From Candidatus Thermosaccharophagus tengchongensis (GTDB lineage: Bacteria > Armatimonadota > Fervidibacteria > Fervidibacterales > Thermosaccharophagaceae), in the NCBI GenBank assembly GCA_032161105.1, contig JAVHTD010000009.1: a DNA stretch of 64,000 bases. One strand, written 5' to 3'. Position 1 is the first letter of the stretch. The number at the start of each line of letters is the position of its first letter. Under the pieces are notes generated by a model. That model searched no databases. It was given only the letters and a program-made list of their open reading frames with translations, and was not told where the DNA came from. Shown here in pieces: positions 59,559 to 64,000 of this stretch. The position numbers were made by a program, and so were the translations under genes.

Positions 59559-61787
59559 TTATTCGCCAAATTCCCCAACAAATGCCCCATTCCCCCCAGT
59601 GCCCAAGTATATGCGGGCTGGATAAAACGGGTCAATGGCTATTGAAGTTGGCATGGCAATACCGCCAATGTTGTGCCCAATCTCGCTGTCAATTCGCCGC
59701 CAGATTGGCTTCCCCCATTGACTTGTCCTCGTCCAAAAAATTCCAGATTTGTGCTCTTCGGAAACTGCAAACCAAGGTCGCCACGCCCCGACGACCACGA
59801 TGTCGCCGTCTTCGGCACACGCAATTGCGCTTATGTAGCGATTTTGGAAAACGCATTCCCAACTTTCACCGCGGTCTTCGCTCACAAATAAGCCATGAAC
59901 ATCGGAGCCCACAAAAACTCGCCCCGTTTTGGGCTGAACTGCGATTGCCCTCAAAATCCTTCGGTTAGGGTGCACGAACGGCAGCCCATTACCTACATCT
60001 CGCCAACTTTTGCCATCGTCGTCGGAACGCAAAACTGTCAAGCCATCAAAGGCATAAAGCCTGCCCATTTTTGTCGTGTCGGGAACAATGCGCCCTTGCC
60101 ACTTTTCAGGCAAGTTGAGCCTTTGCCAACTCTTACCGCCATCGGGCGTCACGAATGCACCGCAGTAAAGCCGATGCGGGCGAAATGGGTCAAGGGAAAC
60201 TGGACCAAGTTGAGCATCTTCGGGCAATTTGCCATCAGCAACCTGCCAACTTTCACCCCTGTCCGTGCTGACGAGCAATCTTTCACCCGCCACCGAATAT
60301 AATGCCTCCCCATCCCGCCATTCCAAAGCCAAATTGGTGCAATTGCTCGCAGGATACTTGCCAAGATGACGGACTGTCAATCCGTAATCGTCGCTTCGGA
60401 AAAGTTGAACATCCATCAAGCCAAAGTAAACTTCGCCACGCCTTTTCGGATGGCAAAGGACGACGGGCACAACCGTCACCGCCAACCCGCTCATCGCAGC
60501 ACGCCAATGCTCACCACCGTCATCGGAAACCCAAACTCCATACCAATCGTTGAGCATCAACCGTTTGCCTGCCTTTGTGTCAACGCTTATGCCTCGTGGG
60601 TTGAAGCCAAACCAACCTCTTTCACGCCACCATCCAGCACTGTCAATGGCATTCAAGTAGGCAGCGATGTTGAATTTTCCATTAGCGACGCTTGCCGAGA
60701 TAATCGGTCGCCAACTTTCGCCGCCATCTTCGCTGACGAAAATGCCAGGGTGACGCCATCGCCACCATTCTGGCAAAACTTCAAATCGTTCGCTGGCGCA
60801 AAGGTAAACCGTTGAAGGCTTGACAGGATTGACAGCGACTGCCGTCGCCCATTGTCGCTCAAGGAATTGCTCAATTCCCTTGACGGAAATTCTCCAACTT
60901 TTTCCGCCATCGTCGCTCACCATAACGCCCCTGTCACTTACGGCAGCAAAAATGCGGTTGCGAGTTTTGTCAATGGCGATGCTTTGCACCTTCTCGCCCT
61001 TCAGCGATACCGTCCAACTTTTGCCTTCATCCTCGCTTATCCAGACAGCGCCTTCACTTTCGTTCGTTTTGAGCGTCGCCACAGCAATTAGAGCGTGGTT
61101 CGTAGTAAGCCACGCAGCGGCGGAGTGGCGTTTTTCGCTACGAGCAGCTCTGAGCCCCTGTGGGATTGGGTTGCTACTCCCGATTGCCACACCTATGATG
61201 AAATTCCCTTCCAAGCCGAGAATTTGCCAACTTTTACCGCCGTCTGTTGAGCGCATCAACCCATCCCAAGCCGTGCCAGCATAAATTGTCCCATCTTCGG
61301 TCACCTTCAACACATTGCCCCATTGGCGATATGTCCCCATGCCAGAAAAGCGAACTTTTCGCGAAAGCAAATGCCAACTTTTACCACCATCCTCGCTCAC
61401 AAACAAACCGCCATAGTCGCCTGTAGGTTTCCCAAAGCATTTGCCCGTTGCAAGGTAGACGACATTTGGTTTTTGCGGATGCCAAGCGATGTCCGCAATC
61501 GCCAAATCGCCATCCGATTGCAACCCGTTATTGACAATTCGCCAACTAATTCCGCCATCATCGGTGCGGAAGACGCCACCGACATCGCAACCTGCAAGCG
61601 CCAAATTGGGGTTGTGTGGACTGATGGCAACTGCCATGATTGCCCCGCCGCCATCAATTGGGATGCGCTTCCAAGCGAACGGGAGCAAATGCTCATCATC
61701 GGTGAAACTGATGGCTCCAACCAGCAAAGCCACCAAAATAGTCATCGTCAAATGAACTTGCAACGCCCATCGCCCCTCCATGACCAT
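59559..61787 (-). CDS. Secreted BNR/Asp-box beta-propeller protein (GH74/VPS10-like)
   Basis: WKRIPIDGGG, CDVGGVFR, many S/T-x-D-G-G-x-S-W Asp boxes; signal peptide. Confidence 0.8.
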   Translation of the reverse strand: MVMEGRWALQVHLTMTILVALLVGAISFTDDEHLLPFAWKRIPIDGGGAIMAVAISPHNPNLALAGCDVGGVFRTDDGGISWRIVNNGLQSDGDLAIADIAWHPQKPNVVYLATGKCFGKPTGDYGGLFVSEDGGKSWHLLSRKVRFSGMGTYRQWGNVLKVTEDGTIYAGTAWDGLMRSTDGGKSWQILGLEGNFIIGVAIGSSNPIPQGLRAARSEKRHSAAAWLTTNHALIAVATLKTNESEGAVWISEDEGKSWTVSLKGEKVQSIAIDKTRNRIFAAVSDRGVMVSDDGGKSWRISVKGIEQFLERQWATAVAVNPVKPSTVYLCASERFEVLPEWWRWRHPGIFVSEDGGESWRPIISASVANGKFNIAAYLNAIDSAGWWRERGWFGFNPRGISVDTKAGKRLMLNDWYGVWVSDDGGEHWRAAMSGLAVTVVPVVLCHPKRRGEVYFGLMDVQLFRSDDYGLTVRHLGKYPASNCTNLALEWRDGEALYSVAGERLLVSTDRGESWQVADGKLPEDAQLGPVSLDPFRPHRLYCGAFVTPDGGKSWQRLNLPEKWQGRIVPDTTKMGRLYAFDGLTVLRSDDDGKSWRDVGNGLPFVHPNRRILRAIAVQPKTGRVFVGSDVHGLFVSEDRGESWECVFQNRYISAIACAEDGDIVVVGAWRPWFAVSEEHKSGIFWTRTSQWGKPIWRRIDSEIGHNIGGIAMPTSIAIDPFYPARIYLGTGGNGAFVGEFGE
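61091..61150. repeat. Imperfect palindrome (REP-like) embedded in the propeller gene
   Basis: GAGC..TCGTAG..GCCAC / GTGGC..CTACGA..GCTC nested inverted repeat. Confidence 0.45.
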
Positions 61788-61799
61788 CCCTCCTTATTC

Positions 61800-61850
61800 G
61801 TAGGAGGGGCTTTAGCCCCGAATCTCAGAAAGCCATTCGTCGGAGACCTT
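61800..61850. repeat. GTAG-type REP element with a possible truncated inverted partner
   Basis: GTAG-GA-GGGGCT-TT-AGCCCC-GAA (61800-61822), then TTCGTCGGAGACCT. Confidence 0.55.
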
Positions 61851-62834
61851 CAAAATCTTTTCACCACTTACTTTCGGCGCTTTGCCACCTTCAAGCCGTA
61901 TCGTCAACTCCCGCTCATATGAGTTGCCCCAAAGGTAGCGCTCGTGGTCAGGATGCTCATCGTCAGTGTAATCAACTTTGTGGCGTGGCTTTCCGTGAAT
62001 GTTGCCTTTTATGTCAAGCCATTGCTTTGGCGCACTGTGCATTCGCATCTGTATTCGGTCAGGATAAACATCAAACGAGGCAAAATCCGCTGGGTAACCT
62101 GCTGTGCCTGCTGGGCAGATGTGGGCAATGCCTTTGTTCCATCTCACCGCTGTCAAGTGAAGGTGTCCGCAAAGCACAGCAATGACACGCTCGCTCTTGC
62201 ACTCAACAATTCGCAAAAACTCTTCGTCTCTCACCTTCCAACTCTCAAAGCCGAAACTTGCCTTCAAAACTCCTTCGTTCCTCATCGGCAAAAGTGGGAC
62301 ATGGGTGACAACGATTATCGGCATGTCAGCGAGAAACTCAAAGGCACGCTTTACGAAAGCATTGCGTTGACCAGTCACTTCGTCGGGAAGCCGATGAGCA
62401 CCACTCGTGTCCACGACGATGAAGCCGATGCCACCAATCGTGAAAACATAGTTGTGCCATTCCTTTCCGAACCATCGGTCATAAGCAAGGTTGAGTTCCG
62501 CTATGCCCTCATCTTGCCCGTTTTCATAGTTGCCAACGCAGGGCAGGAATGGAACGGTCAGTTGGTCAAGGACGAACTCCTTTAGGAATGCGAAGTCTTC
62601 GTTGTAGTCGGGAATTTCTCCGTCAATGATGTCGCCTGCCGAAAGGACGAAATCAGGTTGTTCAAAGCCATGCCTACCTAAAGCGCATTCTAACGCCCAT
62701 AGCGCTTTCTCATTGACGAAGGGGTAGCCGACAGGTCGCCCACTAACCTTCGGCGAGCGGATATGCATGTCGTTCCAAAGGAAGAAGCGGAACAGCCGAT
62801 TTGGACTTTTTGTTGACGGCGAATTTTTTGTCAT
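61812..62834 (-). CDS. Calcineurin-like metallophosphoesterase
   Basis: NDMH, AGDIID, GNYE, THVP, CGHLH. Confidence 0.8.
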   Translation of the reverse strand: MTKNSPSTKSPNRLFRFFLWNDMHIRSPKVSGRPVGYPFVNEKALWALECALGRHGFEQPDFVLSAGDIIDGEIPDYNEDFAFLKEFVLDQLTVPFLPCVGNYENGQDEGIAELNLAYDRWFGKEWHNYVFTIGGIGFIVVDTSGAHRLPDEVTGQRNAFVKRAFEFLADMPIIVVTHVPLLPMRNEGVLKASFGFESWKVRDEEFLRIVECKSERVIAVLCGHLHLTAVRWNKGIAHICPAGTAGYPADFASFDVYPDRIQMRMHSAPKQWLDIKGNIHGKPRHKVDYTDDEHPDHERYLWGNSYERELTIRLEGGKAPKVSGEKILKVSDEWLSEIRG

Positions 62835-64000
62835 CGCTCCAACCCTGCCTCAATCGCAACTTCTTTCGGCACAACGAAAATGTATTTGCTGACACGGGCA
62901 GCGTCCCCTTTGCCATCTTTCGGCATCAAGATGAGCCGATATTTGCCTTCACGGCTGAACGGAAGCGTCCATGAGTGAACTTTCTCTGCATCAGCACTTA
63001 CAAGGCGCTCTTGCACAACTTGACCTTTCTCGTCCACAACCCGCAAAAGCAAATCGTGTCCGAAAAAGTGGGCACAAGCATAAACGAGATATTCGCCAGC
63101 ACGCTCAATTTGAACTGTCCAGAAAACCTTGTGCTCAGATTTCCCCTCTGGGTCATACCACTCCCATGCGTTGTGCTGCTCCTTCGTCGGATTCCACATC
63201 GTTTTTCGCTCAATGCCGTAACAGCCCTCGGCTTGAGATGATACTGCGAACCGCTCAAAGAGCAGCGGGATTTTGCGAAGCAAATTTGCTTGCTCACCTC
63301 GTTCACGCTCTTCCACCTGCATCGCCCGAAGGAAATTTTCAGCCCTTGACAATCGCAATTGCTCATATCTTCGCTTCAAACTCGTTGGCAAGTTGTTGTC
63401 GGTGCAAAGCAGCAAAAGGAAAGCCGTCTCAATTTCTGGCAAAATCACACGCAACTTATCGCCGATAACTTTGCAAGGCAAGGGCTTAAATTCACCTTCG
63501 CCAACCTTGAAAGCGAATTTCAACGGCAGCCAAATTGGAATGCTTAGTTCCAACTCAGCAGGTGCGATGGTTTGTTTGACAAATCGGTCAGGCAGCGATT
63601 GACCTTTCTCGTTGACGCAAACCACTAAAACCGCATCGGGCGCAACCAAAGGGCGAACGAAAAGACCATCAGTCAGCGATTTAGAGATGTCAAGTGGATG
63701 GGAACGGGCAAGGACAGGTGAAACCAACTCAACCTCACGGTGAACTTTCCCAATTTCTGCCCACACATCGGGGTAATCTTGTGCGCCCCAAAAGATTTGC
63801 TCAGGGTATCGTTCCGTGCAATGAATGTAGGCAATCAAACCTTTCGCTCCACCTGCAAGGGCATAATGCATCATGATGCGAACCTCTTCGGGGAAGGGCA
63901 TTCTTGGAAACTTGGCTTCGCTCGGCTTCTTGACAGGCTCAATCCACATCGCTTGATAGGTGATGGTCATCATGTTAGGCGCGCAAGCAAGGCGAGCCGT
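62831..64000 (-). CDS. Hypothetical protein, C-terminal part (probably 5' truncated by window edge)
   Basis: ORF of at least 380 aa, stop overlapping next gene (ATGA); YALAGGAKGL resembles glycoside-hydrolase-like barrel C-termini. Confidence 0.6.
   Translation of the reverse strand, partial: TARLACAPNMMTITYQAMWIEPVKKPSEAKFPRMPFPEEVRIMMHYALAGGAKGLIAYIHCTERYPEQIFWGAQDYPDVWAEIGKVHREVELVSPVLARSHPLDISKSLTDGLFVRPLVAPDAVLVVCVNEKGQSLPDRFVKQTIAPAELELSIPIWLPLKFAFKVGEGEFKPLPCKVIGDKLRVILPEIETAFLLLLCTDNNLPTSLKRRYEQLRLSRAENFLRAMQVEERERGEQANLLRKIPLLFERFAVSSQAEGCYGIERKTMWNPTKEQHNAWEWYDPEGKSEHKVFWTVQIERAGEYLVYACAHFFGHDLLLRVVDEKGQVVQERLVSADAEKVHSWTLPFSREGKYRLILMPKDGKGDAARVSKYIFVVPKEVAIEAGLER

Overview
64 kb of bacterial chromosome, mostly core genome. 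The organism is probably a diderm, possibly thermophilic, member of Armatimonadota or a similar lineage; this is inferred from the DUF1559/H-X9-DG pilin-like gene, LptD, an SLH-barrel protein and many secreted glycan-active proteins. The main block (5.75-23.5 kb, + strand) runs from a sigma70 promoter and cobalamin riboswitch through a pilin-like DUF1559 gene, btuF, cobU, cobT and cobS into an apparently intact Wood-Ljungdahl CODH/ACS cluster (72-aa ORF, acsD, cooS, acsB, acsC, acsE, DUF3786, cooC, acsV/RACo, second cooC). Housekeeping genes: tsaB (partial), parB, ispE, prfA, rpmE, pncA, rluB, rsmA, nadE. Also present: a LeuT-like transporter with an extra inserted domain plus a small partner ORF, a fused double alpha/beta-hydrolase with a GT4, an orphan glmL, and secreted CAZyme-like genes at 36.8-42.5 kb and 49-64 kb. 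Best candidates for undescribed systems: (1) the riboswitch-controlled pilin-like protein heading a cobamide salvage operon that lacks btuB/C/D; (2) a 1.5 kb islet where a Doc toxin sits between two paralogous His/Cys-motif proteins of unknown family, followed by an XRE HTH. No rRNA, tRNA, CRISPR array or transposase was recognised. All calls are by-eye motif recognition; no searches were run.
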